The notes under the pieces are model-generated. The model was given only the letters and a program-made list of their open reading frames with translations. It did no database searches and was not told the origin of the DNA. From an uncultured Pseudomonadota bacterium (lineage in GTDB: Bacteria; Myxococcota_A; Polyangia; Fen-1088), in assembly GCA_963847705.1 (NCBI GenBank), contig CAWKBC010000029.1:256001-320000 (forward strand): a DNA stretch of 64,000 nt, read 5' to 3'. Made by a program: the position numbers and the translations under genes. Below are positions 53,135 through 62,120 of this stretch, piece by piece (positions within the stretch are counted from its first letter, which is position 1; every line of letters starts with the position of its first letter).

Positions 53135-54781
53135 TCAGGGCCGGCAGTAGATCAGGAATCGGCTCGGAAGGTCGCTGTCGGTGAAACAGCGCGGCCATCC
53201 CAGGAAGGCCAGCGGCCCGTGCGCGTCGGCGGACGAGGTCGAGAGCCTGTCGGCGTAGCCGGAAAGACCGCTGTCCGCCATGTCGATGACGACCTTGCTG
53301 ATCCCGCGCTGACGCATGAATCCCAGCAGATCACCCGAGGGGATCCCGAACCAGACCAACCAGCGCGGGTCGAGCTCCGGCCGGGGCACGTCCCAGGTGG
53401 AGTAGTAGCTCTGGAACGGCAGCGCGAAGCTCTCGCCGGGCCTGAGGTGCTGCGACAGCCAGAGTGACGTCTCGTGCGCTGGCGGGTCGATCGCGTAGAA
53501 CCGGCGCGGATCGCCGCTGATGCCGGGCACCGCCCAGGCCAGGCGCAGCGCCAACCACAGGGAGACGGCCCCCAGCAGCGGCGCTCCGGCCGGCAGCCCC
53601 GGGAACCGCGCTGCGCTCCAGGCCTCGAGGCAGGGCCAGAACCGAGCGCTCGCTTCGTGAACCGCGAAGGGAAGCAGCAACACCACGTAGGGAAGGACGT
53701 AGCGCACCTGCGGTTCGGGCGCGCCGCTGGCCGCCAGCGCCAGCGCCGCGCCGTAGAACGCCACCGTCGAAAGCACCGCCACGAGCTCGGTCCGTCGGCC
53801 GGCCCGCCAGCGACGCCGCAGACCGAGGAACGCCAGCGCCATCACGCCGAGACCGGTCACCACCCGCGCCGGAATGTTCACCGCGCCGAAGCCGGCCGCG
53901 TAGACGAAGAGCCCCACCACCTCGCCGAAGCCACGCCCCAGCTTGATCACCAGCTCCATCAGCGAATGGTGGCGGAGGTACCAGCCGAGCCCGAGCTGCG
54001 CCCGCTGGGGCGTCAGCCTCACCACCAGCGCCTGGCGCCAGCTGTCCAGCCAGACCTCGGCCGAGTTCACGTTGTAAAACGGGCTGCCCCACAGCTTCAC
54101 GTTGCGGCTCAGCAGGAAGAAACCGGTGGCGAAAAAACCGGCCGCCGCCGTGTACACCATCGGTCGCCGCCAGAGCCGTCCGCGGTGGTCGACGAGCGCC
54201 GTCACCAGCAGCGGCAGCCAGAGCAGGTGTCCGCTCCCCTTGGTGAGGAAGGCCAGGCCGATGATCCCGCCCGTCACGAACCAGCGCGCCGCTCCGCGCT
54301 CCTGCCAGCTGGCGATGGCGAAGACCGCGGCGAAGGTGAGCGCGCAGAACAACAGATCGTGCATGAGCCGCGCCCCGTAGTCGGGCAGGACCGGCATCAG
54401 ACAGAGCAGGACCACCGAGCCGACGGCCACCGCCGGCGAGAAGACGCGCCGGACCACCATCCCCACGATCACCACCAGCAAGAGCGCCGTGGCGAGCTCG
54501 ACCAGCTTGGCGCGCGCGAAGTCGCTCGGCGTGCCGTCGAGGAACGGCGCCAGGAGCAGCTGGTACAGCGGGGGGTGGTTGTCCTCCTTGCAGCGCCCGG
54601 CCAGGTAGCAACCGACCTGGGCGCGAAGGCCGCCCTCGTGCGCCATCGCGCGCCCGAGCGCCAGATAGCTCACCTCGTCGTAGCGCGGGTAGAGCCGGGT
54701 CGCGGAGATCCGGAGCGTCTGCGCCACCAGCATCCCGACGGCCAGCGCGACCAGCAGGACGGCGGCGCGCCGGCCGGTCAT
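53135..54781 (-). CDS. ArnT/GT83-like polytopic glycosyltransferase
   Basis: YDE, HPPLY, LAFLTKG, RYVLP; ATG overlaps the GT2 stop. Confidence 0.8.
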   Translation of the reverse strand: MTGRRAAVLLVALAVGMLVAQTLRISATRLYPRYDEVSYLALGRAMAHEGGLRAQVGCYLAGRCKEDNHPPLYQLLLAPFLDGTPSDFARAKLVELATALLLVVIVGMVVRRVFSPAVAVGSVVLLCLMPVLPDYGARLMHDLLFCALTFAAVFAIASWQERGAARWFVTGGIIGLAFLTKGSGHLLWLPLLVTALVDHRGRLWRRPMVYTAAAGFFATGFFLLSRNVKLWGSPFYNVNSAEVWLDSWRQALVVRLTPQRAQLGLGWYLRHHSLMELVIKLGRGFGEVVGLFVYAAGFGAVNIPARVVTGLGVMALAFLGLRRRWRAGRRTELVAVLSTVAFYGAALALAASGAPEPQVRYVLPYVVLLLPFAVHEASARFWPCLEAWSAARFPGLPAGAPLLGAVSLWLALRLAWAVPGISGDPRRFYAIDPPAHETSLWLSQHLRPGESFALPFQSYYSTWDVPRPELDPRWLVWFGIPSGDLLGFMRQRGISKVVIDMADSGLSGYADRLSTSSADAHGPLAFLGWPRCFTDSDLPSRFLIYCRP

Positions 54782-55515
54782 CGGCGTTCGGACTTCGGGC
54801 GCCAGGTCCGGTAGCGCGCCAGCGCCCACAGCGCGGCCAGCCCATCGCGCACGCCGATCTTCTTGCCGTCCTCGAACGAGCGCGGGCGATAGGTGATCGG
54901 CACCTCGACGATCTCGATGCCGCTGCGCAGGAGCTTGGCCGTCACCTCGGGTTCCCAGTCGAACCGATCGTGCTCGATGGTGATCGCGCGGATCACCTCG
55001 GTGCGGAAGCACTTGTAACAGGTGGGCGCATCGGTGAGGCGGGTGCCGTAAAGCAGGTTGGCGAACTCCGTGACGATGCGGCCGCCCAGGTAGGCGCTCC
55101 GGTAGGCCCGCCTGTGGCGGCGGACCATGTTCTTGCCGAACTCCTTCTCGTAGCCGAGCAGCCGCGACCCATAGACGACCTTCGCGCGCCCGTTGCAGAG
55201 CGGCGGCAGCAGCGCCAGGTAGTCCTGGGGGTCGTACTCGAGGTCGGCGTCCTGGATCAGGATGAGCTCTCCGCTGGCCTGCGCGATGCCGTGCCGCACG
55301 GCCGCGCCCTTGCCACGGTTGGCCCCGAATTCGTGGACCGTCACGCCGGACTGGGCACGCGACAGGGCCACGGTGGCGTCGGTCGAACCGTCGCTGACGA
55401 CGAGGATCTCTCGCTCGAGCCCCAGGCAACCGAGGTCGACCTCCCTCACGGCATCCAACAGCGCAACGATCGTGCGCTCCTCATTGAACGCCGGGACGAT
55501 GATCGACAGCTTCAC
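54778..55515 (-). CDS. GT2 glycosyltransferase (DPM1-like)
   Basis: IIVPAFNEE, DGSTD, NRGKG, QDADLEY, GKKI. Confidence 0.92.
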   Translation of the reverse strand: MKLSIIVPAFNEERTIVALLDAVREVDLGCLGLEREILVVSDGSTDATVALSRAQSGVTVHEFGANRGKGAAVRHGIAQASGELILIQDADLEYDPQDYLALLPPLCNGRAKVVYGSRLLGYEKEFGKNMVRRHRRAYRSAYLGGRIVTEFANLLYGTRLTDAPTCYKCFRTEVIRAITIEHDRFDWEPEVTAKLLRSGIEIVEVPITYRPRSFEDGKKIGVRDGLAALWALARYRTWRPKSERR

Positions 55516-55617
55516 GCGGACGCGCGGTTGTAGCGGTTTTCGGCTTGGCTGTCACCCGTGACTCGGCGCACGGCCTGCCGGATGGCGGGCCGCCGGAGCC
55601 CGAGCGCGGACCGCGGC

Positions 55618-55836
55618 TTACCAGCCGAACCGGACGGCGACCCAGAGCAGCGCCAGGAGACCGACCGCCACCAGCACGTTCGCCAGCACGCCCGGGACGA
55701 AGTACGGGTAGATGAGCATGGCGAGCCCGACGACGATCTGGGGGACGCGCGCAAACTTGCGTCCGTAGTTCAGCAGGATGAACCCGACCGACGAGACGAT
55801 CAGCGACGCGATGATCCAGCCGGGTTCCAGGCTCAC
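55618..55836 (-). CDS. Small membrane protein
   Basis: Hydrophobic 72 aa with YGRK and IYPYFV; TATACT 6 nt before the GTG. Confidence 0.7.
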   Translation of the reverse strand: MSLEPGWIIASLIVSSVGFILLNYGRKFARVPQIVVGLAMLIYPYFVPGVLANVLVAVGLLALLWVAVRFGW

Positions 55837-55957
55837 CGATTGAGTATAGCGCGCCGCGGGCGAATCGACCGCCTGGAGCCGGACTGGGCCGCCCATCGGG
55901 CGGCACGTCGTCGGGCATGGCTCGCTTCGCTCACCGTAGCCTTTCGGCGACGCCCTT

Positions 55958-56419
55958 CTAGGCCATCCAGCGGGGAAACCGCGCCCGCAGCGCCGCGTCG
56001 AGACCGAGCACCCGGCCCGGCGGCGCCAGGATGAAAATGACGAAGATCGCCCCCATGAGGAGCGCGTTGCCGGGCGGCACCAGCCCTTGACCGCTGGCGA
56101 AGGTGATCGAAAACAGCAGCAGCGCGCCGAGAAAGGCGAAGAGCCGGGTGAGAATCCCCAGCAGCATCGAGAGCCCGATCGACAGCTCGCCGAAGGTGAT
56201 GAGCGCGCCGAAGATCTTGGGATGCGTGCGCGCCGACTGGACCACCGGGACGAAGAACGGGTAGGTCTTGGCCGCCTCCATCCAGCCGTCGAGCATGCCG
56301 AGGAGCGGCGTGCCGTGCAGCCAGCCGTGCTGCAGCTTCCCCCACCCTTCGAGGAGGAGGATCAAACCGCAGAGAAGCCGCAGCGGGACCAGGAACCCGA
56401 GCGGAACGCGCTCACCCAT
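55958..56419 (-). CDS. DoxX/DoxD family membrane protein
   Basis: LR...G, GWGK, GELSIGL.MLLGILTR, GLD. Confidence 0.85.
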   Translation of the reverse strand: MGERVPLGFLVPLRLLCGLILLLEGWGKLQHGWLHGTPLLGMLDGWMEAAKTYPFFVPVVQSARTHPKIFGALITFGELSIGLSMLLGILTRLFAFLGALLLFSITFASGQGLVPPGNALLMGAIFVIFILAPPGRVLGLDAALRARFPRWMA

Positions 56420-56544
56420 GCTCTGACCTTAGCGGGTCGTGGGGCGCCTGCAAGTTGTTGCCGCAGGTGACACCCGAAGGGAAGCAGGCCGAGGGGGCAA
56501 CAGTCAGGGTGCACCCGCCGTCGTCCCGGTGTTAACGTCCGGGC

Positions 56545-57537
56545 GTGACGGAAACCAAGCGACCGAGCAGTCCGGCGGCGGAAGAGATCCTGGGGCTGTA
56601 TTTTCCGGTGCTCGATCACGGCTTCGTGTCGCTGGTCGATTACATGGGGACCGACGAGTGCGTCGAGCGCGCGGCGCGCGTCAGCTACGGCTACGGCACG
56701 CGGCAGCGCAGCGCCACCCGGGGCCTGCTGCGCTACCTGCGGCGCCACAAACACACCACGCCCAGCGAGATGGTGGAGCTGAAGTTCCACTGCTGCATGC
56801 CCATGTTCATCGCGCGGCAATGGATCCGCCATCGCACGGCCAACGTGAACGAGTACTCCGGGCGCTACTCGCTGATGCCGATGCTGTTCTACACGCCGGA
56901 CGCGGCACAGCTGCAGACGCAGAGCCGCCAGAACAACCAGGGGCGCAGCGGGCAGACGGTCGACCCCGGCGTCCACGCCGAGGCGCTCCGGCGGTGGGAA
57001 TCGATCCGCCGCGAGAGCACCGAGACCTACTCGTGGCTGACCGGGAACGAGGTCGCGCGCGAGCTGGCCCGCATCGATCTGCCGCTGTCGACCTACACCC
57101 AGTGGTACTGGAAGATCGATCTGCACAACCTGCTGCACTTCCTGACGTTGCGGGTGGACGCCCACGCGCAGTGGGAGATTCAAGAGTTCGGCCGGGTGAT
57201 GGCCGGGATGCTCAAGCGCGTGGCGCCGCTGTCGTACGAGGCCTGGATCGACTACGACGTCTGCGGGACGCACGTCTCGCGGGGCGAGCTCGATTCGTTG
57301 CGCGCGCTGGTCAAGGTGGAGAACGACGGCCTCACCTCGGTGAGCGGCCGGCTCGATCGCGCGGCGCTCGCCGAACGGAACCTCTCCAAGCGCGAGATCG
57401 ACGAGCTCTTCGCCAAGCTGGCGCCGCCGCCGGCGGTCCCCGACTTCAACCTCGATCCCGCCGACGCCCGCCCCGCCGAGCACTTCGCCCAGCGCTTCGC
57501 CGCGGCGGTCCCGAGCGGCGAGAGACCGGCCGAATAG
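56545..57537 (+). CDS. thyX: FAD-dependent thymidylate synthase
   Basis: AARVSY, HTTPSE, RQWIRHR, NEYSGRY, ELAR, HAQWEI. Confidence 0.96.
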   Translation: MTETKRPSSPAAEEILGLYFPVLDHGFVSLVDYMGTDECVERAARVSYGYGTRQRSATRGLLRYLRRHKHTTPSEMVELKFHCCMPMFIARQWIRHRTANVNEYSGRYSLMPMLFYTPDAAQLQTQSRQNNQGRSGQTVDPGVHAEALRRWESIRRESTETYSWLTGNEVARELARIDLPLSTYTQWYWKIDLHNLLHFLTLRVDAHAQWEIQEFGRVMAGMLKRVAPLSYEAWIDYDVCGTHVSRGELDSLRALVKVENDGLTSVSGRLDRAALAERNLSKREIDELFAKLAPPPAVPDFNLDPADARPAEHFAQRFAAAVPSGERPAE

Positions 57538-57569
57538 CCCGCGCGAATAGCCGGCGCGAATAGCCCGCG
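57531..57569. repeat. 13-bp tandem repeat CGAATAGCC(C/G)GCG x3 containing the thyX stop codon
   Basis: Units start at 57531, 57544 and 57557. Confidence 0.9.
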
Positions 57570-57570
57570 C

Positions 57571-58218
57571 TCACTGCGCCAGGCAGTTTTGGCGAGGCGT
57601 GGCACAGTCGGTTTGAAAGCAGCTGTTGCAGTCCGGCCCGCTGGTGCCGGAGCAGGCGGTGGCGCACTTGTCGGAGGCGCACGAGTTGATCGCCAGCAGC
57701 AGGCCCGCCACCGTCGGTGAAGCCGACGTCGCGCACGCGCACTTGCACGCGGCGCCCGAGCTGTTGGTGTTGCACGTCCCCTCGCAGGTATCGGTCGCGG
57801 CGCAGGTCGCCGACCCGGTCGGGACGCCCCCTCCGCCCGGGCAATCGGTCGATGCGGTGGCCTGGAAGTAGCACAGGGCCAGCGCGTTGCAGTCCGTGCC
57901 CGCGGCGCCGACACAACTCTTGTAGCTGGCGCTGCCGGCCGCGCATTCCGTTTCGCAGCTCGCGCTGGTGGTGACGCCGCACGACACGAACGCCGCGCAG
58001 ACAGCGGTACAGAGCGCCTGATCGTTCGCGCCGCCCGCGCCGCCGCTGCCCGGCGCACCGCCGGCGCTTCCACCCGGCCCCCCGGTCCCGGCGCCACCTT
58101 GGCCCCCGCCGGCCGAAGGGCTCCCCCCGGTGCCTCCATCGAGCGACCCCGTCTTGCCCCCGCTGGAACAGGCGGAAACGAGGAGCACCACCACCAACAA
58201 CGCACGCGTCATTTCCAT
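57571..58218 (-). CDS. Cys-rich lipoprotein with Gly-rich linker
   Basis: Lipobox VSAC, GG-rich spacer, repeated CxxxC. Confidence 0.8.
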   Translation of the reverse strand: MEMTRALLVVVLLVSACSSGGKTGSLDGGTGGSPSAGGGQGGAGTGGPGGSAGGAPGSGGAGGANDQALCTAVCAAFVSCGVTTSASCETECAAGSASYKSCVGAAGTDCNALALCYFQATASTDCPGGGGVPTGSATCAATDTCEGTCNTNSSGAACKCACATSASPTVAGLLLAINSCASDKCATACSGTSGPDCNSCFQTDCATPRQNCLAQ

Positions 58219-58431
58219 CGTCTATCGTGATTGATCTGCGGGTGACAAGAGACTTTGGTCATCCCCCCGAGGCGCCGGCTCGAGAGACCGAAGGCTCGTC
58301 CGCGGTCTTCATCGCCACGAAACAATTCGAGCACGAGCCGCTTCCGTGACTCGGACCGGACCTCCACCGTGTCGCTGCGGCGACACCGGGGTCTCTTTTG
58401 CCCCGCCTTGGCGCAGCCCCCGTCAGCCCGA

Positions 58432-59283
58432 CTAGATCGCGACGAGCTCGCGGACCACGAACCCGCCGTCCTTGTCGACGCCCAGGCGACCGGCCGCGTG
58501 ATCGTGGTCGTGGCCCCAGACGAGGAGCCAGTCCTCGGCCAGCGCGCGGGTGAAGAGCGACCGCTTGGTCTCGACGTTGCGGGCCGGCTCCAGATCGTAG
58601 GCCATCACCCAGGGGAGCCGCACGTGCACGGCCGTCGGCACGGCGTCGCCCAGGAACAGCGCCTTCGGTCCGTCCGGCTGGCCAATGAGGATCGACTGGT
58701 GCCCGGCGGTGTGGCCGGGCGTCGGGATGACACGCACGCCGGGCGCGATCTCGGTCTCGCCGTCGACCAGCTGGAGCAACCCCGCCTCGCCGAGCGGGCC
58801 GACGTTCTCTTGCAGGTAGCTGGCGCGGTTGCGCTCGTGCGGGTGCGTGGCGTCCTGCCACTCGCGCCGCTGGACGACGTGGCGCGCCCTGCGAAACAGG
58901 GGCTCGAAGCCCCCGGACGCCGTCCGGCGCGTGGTCCCGCCGCTGTGGTCGAAGTGCAGGTGGGTCATCACCACCGTGTCGATGTCGTCGGGCTCGAGGC
59001 CCACCTCTTTCAGGGCCACGCCGATCGCGCGGTCGTGGTCGATGCCGTAGATCTCCTTCAGCTTGGGCGGGAACTTGTCGCCGTTGCCGGTCTCGATCAG
59101 CACGCGCCGGTCACCGACCTCCACCAGCAGGCAGCGCGTGCTGTACTGGCAGCGGTTGAGCGCGTCGCAGGAGACCAGCTTCGACCAGAGCGTCTTCGGC
59201 ACCACCCCGTGCATGGCGCCACCGTCGAGGCGGAAGCTGCCCCCCTCCAGCGAGGTCAACCGCGCGTCACCGAGCGTGAGCAT
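58432..59283 (-). CDS. Metallo-beta-lactamase-fold hydrolase (YtnP-like)
   Basis: LDGGAMHGVVPK, THLHFDHSGG, GHTAGH. Confidence 0.9.
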   Translation of the reverse strand: MLTLGDARLTSLEGGSFRLDGGAMHGVVPKTLWSKLVSCDALNRCQYSTRCLLVEVGDRRVLIETGNGDKFPPKLKEIYGIDHDRAIGVALKEVGLEPDDIDTVVMTHLHFDHSGGTTRRTASGGFEPLFRRARHVVQRREWQDATHPHERNRASYLQENVGPLGEAGLLQLVDGETEIAPGVRVIPTPGHTAGHQSILIGQPDGPKALFLGDAVPTAVHVRLPWVMAYDLEPARNVETKRSLFTRALAEDWLLVWGHDHDHAAGRLGVDKDGGFVVRELVAI

Positions 59284-59415
59284 GTCCCGGATCTTACCGC
59301 ACGAATGACCGGCGCCACCCAGGCGGCGCGCGCCGCGCGGCAAACCAGCAGGCCGGCATTGCTCCGCTTGACGAAATGCGCCCCCTCCCCGGCCCGCGCG
59401 CGTTCGTGGTAATCG

Positions 59416-60816
59416 TTGGGCATCGTGTTGGAGGCGCCGATTCCGGCGGATGAGGCGAAGCGCCTGGCGTTGCTGGCGGCGTGCAACATCATCTACACGC
59501 CCGCCGAGCAGGCCTTCGACGACGTGGCGCGCCTGGCCGCCGATCTGTGCGGGACGGAGATCGCGCTCATCACGCTGGTCGACTCCGACTATCAGTGGTT
59601 CAAGGCGCGCGTGGGCGTCGAGCTGGTGGGCGTTCCGCGCGACCTGTCGTTCTGCGGCCACTGCATCGTCGGCCATCACCCCTTGATCGTCGAGGACACG
59701 CTGGGCGACCGGCGCTTCGCGGACAACCCGCTCGTGACCGGGGAGCCGCACATCCGGTTCTACGCGGGCGTTCCGCTGGAGATCGAGCAGGGCTCGGCGG
59801 TCGGCGCGCTCTCGGTGGCCGATCGCGCGCCCCGCACGCTGACCGAGCGGCAGCTCGAATCGCTCCGCCGGCTGGCCAAGCAGATCGCCCGCGAGCTGCG
59901 GCTTCGTCGCGACCTCGACCGAGCCCACGCGCTGACCCCGCTGCCCGAGACGCTGATGGCGCCGGGGGCTCTCATCGGCGGGCGCTGGAGCCTGGGGCGG
60001 GAGCTGGGGCGTGGGGCGGTGGGCGTGGTCTACGAGGCGCACGATCCCGACGGCGTGCGGGCGGCGGTCAAGTTCCTGCTCCCCGAGTGGCGTGCGCAAG
60101 AGGAGGTTCTCGAGCGGTTCGCCCGGGAGGCCCGCGTGCTGATGCGGCTCGACACGCCGCACGTCGGCCGGCTGCTCGACGTCGGGAATCTGGACGCCGC
60201 GCTCGGGGGCGTCCCCTATCTGGTGCTCGAATACCTCGAGGGCAAGGACCTCGGCGAGGTCATCAGCGCCGGCGGGCGGGTGGCGATCCCACAGGCGCTG
60301 CGCTGGTGCGCCGATGCCTGCGACGGCGTGGCCCAGGCCCACGACGTCGGCGTCGTCCATCGCGACATCAAGCCCTCGAACGTCTTCCTGGCCCAGACCG
60401 GCGCGGGTGCCCCGGTGGTGAAGGTCCTCGACTTCGGCCTGGCGGCCGGGGATCCCTCGCCCGAGAACACCACCAAGCTGACCGGTGAGTACGTGATCGG
60501 CTCGCCCGCCTATATGTCGCCGGAGCAAATGACGGCGTCGAGCAGCGTCGACGCGCGCAGCGACGTCTGGTCGATGGGCGCCGTGCTCTACGAGCTTCTG
60601 ACCGGTCAGGTCCCCTTCGCGGGCAACACGCCGCTCGAGATGTTCGCGGCGGTCATGACCCGCCCGCCGATTCCGCTCGCCGGCCGCTTCGAGGGCGAGC
60701 TCCCCAGGTCGGTCGACGCCATCGTGACCCGATGTCTGCGCAAGGATCGCGCGGAGCGATACCCGTCGATGCGCGCGCTGGCCAGCGAGCTGCGCGCGAG
60801 CGCGGCCGGCACGTAG
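59416..60816 (+). CDS. GAF domain-Ser/Thr protein kinase fusion
   Basis: GAF (RFADNPLV, IRFYAG); kinase motifs LGRGAVG, AVK, HRDIKPSN, DFG and YMSPE. Start uncertain. Confidence 0.9.
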   Translation: MGIVLEAPIPADEAKRLALLAACNIIYTPAEQAFDDVARLAADLCGTEIALITLVDSDYQWFKARVGVELVGVPRDLSFCGHCIVGHHPLIVEDTLGDRRFADNPLVTGEPHIRFYAGVPLEIEQGSAVGALSVADRAPRTLTERQLESLRRLAKQIARELRLRRDLDRAHALTPLPETLMAPGALIGGRWSLGRELGRGAVGVVYEAHDPDGVRAAVKFLLPEWRAQEEVLERFAREARVLMRLDTPHVGRLLDVGNLDAALGGVPYLVLEYLEGKDLGEVISAGGRVAIPQALRWCADACDGVAQAHDVGVVHRDIKPSNVFLAQTGAGAPVVKVLDFGLAAGDPSPENTTKLTGEYVIGSPAYMSPEQMTASSSVDARSDVWSMGAVLYELLTGQVPFAGNTPLEMFAAVMTRPPIPLAGRFEGELPRSVDAIVTRCLRKDRAERYPSMRALASELRASAAGT

Positions 60817-60818
60817 GC

Positions 60819-60940
60819 GCGCTGCGGCGTGGCCACGGCCGACGGCGGCGCGCCGGGGCGCGCTACGGCGTGGCCACGGCCGACGGCGGCGCGCCGGGGC
60901 GCGCTACGGCGTGGCCACGGCCGACGGCGGCGCGCCGGGC
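60819..60940. repeat. 41-bp tandem repeat x3 duplicating the 3' end and stop of the S11 peptidase gene
   Basis: GCGCT(A/G)CGGCGTGGCCACGGCCGACGGCGGCGCGCCGGG starts at 60819, 60860 and 60901. Confidence 0.9.
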
Positions 60941-62112
60941 GCTGCCCCCGCCGAGGGGGGCGCGGCGACGTCGACCGGGAGCGGGGCCGGCGGCGTGGTG
61001 GGCCCGGCGGCGATCGGCTCCTGGGCCGAGCGTGGCACGACCGGAACCGGCAGCCCGGCCGGAGCGGTCGACGCCGGCGAGGGCGCGGGCGGCGAAGCCG
61101 GTGGTGCAGCCCCGGCGGCGACGGGCTCCTGCTCGGGCGGCGGCGCGAAGGGGACGGGCGGCGCCGGCTTGAGCGGCGGCGGCAGCTTCTGCGGGTGGCT
61201 GATGATCCAGTCGGCGACACGCGCGACGTCGCCGAAGCGGGTCATCTTCCCGTCGTCGCCCAGGAAGGCCATGTAGTAGTTGCGGCCCTCGATCTTGGTC
61301 GCCACCACCAGGCAGTAGCGGGCCTCGTCGTTGTAGCCGGTCTTGCCGCCCAGCACCTGGACGTTGCCGCGCGCCGCCGGGTGGTTGGTGTTGTTGTAGT
61401 GGATGGGCGGCTTGCCGACCGGGTGCGCGTCGTACTCGGCGCGGCGGGTGATCGGGGCCAGGATCTGATTGGCCATCACCGCCCTCAGCATGGTGATGAT
61501 CTCGCGCGGGGTCGACACGTTGCCGGTCGACAGGCCCGTCGGCTCGTGAAAGCGCGTGCTCTTGAGGCCGAGCGCGCGCGCCTTGGCGTTCATCGCGGTC
61601 GTCAGCTGCGCCGGGGTCAGCTTGACCGCGCGCCCCAGCGCCGGGATGGCGCGGTTGTCCGAGCCCATCAGCGCGGAGTGCAGCAGATCGCGGTTGGAGA
61701 GCGTCAGCCCCTCGAACAGTCGCGAGCGCGCCCCCCCCTTCGCCACCTCGACGTCGCTCTTGTCGATCGTCGACAGCCCCTCCAGCTCGACCCCCTTCTC
61801 GGCGACGACGAGCGTGGCCGCCAGCTTGGAGATCGAGGCGATCGGCCGCTCCTTGTCGGGGTTCTTGGCGAAGATCGCGCGCCCCCCTTCGTCGATCACC
61901 AGCGCCCCTTGCGCCTGTACGTTGGGGAGCCCGCCCCGGGTGGCGGAGACCGGCCGCTCCCGCTCGACGTGCTTGTGGCGCTTGACGGCGTGGTGCCGGG
62001 CGGCGGAGGCGTTCCCGCTCAGGAGCTGCAGGGCCAGAGAGGCGACCACCGCGGCGGCGGCGGCCGACCCGGGGGTGGAGGTCCTCGCAGGCCGGTGGAA
62101 GCGCCCCATCAC
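60904..62112 (-). CDS. D-Ala-D-Ala carboxy/endopeptidase (S11, PBP7-like) with Pro-rich tail
   Basis: SxxK (SISK), SxN (SDN), KTG. Confidence 0.9.
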   Translation of the reverse strand: MMGRFHRPARTSTPGSAAAAAVVASLALQLLSGNASAARHHAVKRHKHVERERPVSATRGGLPNVQAQGALVIDEGGRAIFAKNPDKERPIASISKLAATLVVAEKGVELEGLSTIDKSDVEVAKGGARSRLFEGLTLSNRDLLHSALMGSDNRAIPALGRAVKLTPAQLTTAMNAKARALGLKSTRFHEPTGLSTGNVSTPREIITMLRAVMANQILAPITRRAEYDAHPVGKPPIHYNNTNHPAARGNVQVLGGKTGYNDEARYCLVVATKIEGRNYYMAFLGDDGKMTRFGDVARVADWIISHPQKLPPPLKPAPPVPFAPPPEQEPVAAGAAPPASPPAPSPASTAPAGLPVPVVPRSAQEPIAAGPTTPPAPLPVDVAAPPSAGAAPGAPPSAVATP

Positions 62113-62120
62113 CTCGACAG

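Noticed and set aside
56440-56530. Glycine-riboswitch-like or NrdR-box-like sequence upstream of thyX
   Set aside because: Only fragmentary matches (CCGAAGG, TCAGG, CAAGTTGTTG); both flanking genes look leaderless, leaving no room for a leader.
58365-58402. Hairpin CCGTGTCGC-TGCG-GCGACACCGG as a terminator or ncRNA
   Set aside because: No U-tract on the strand of the flanking genes and no further support.
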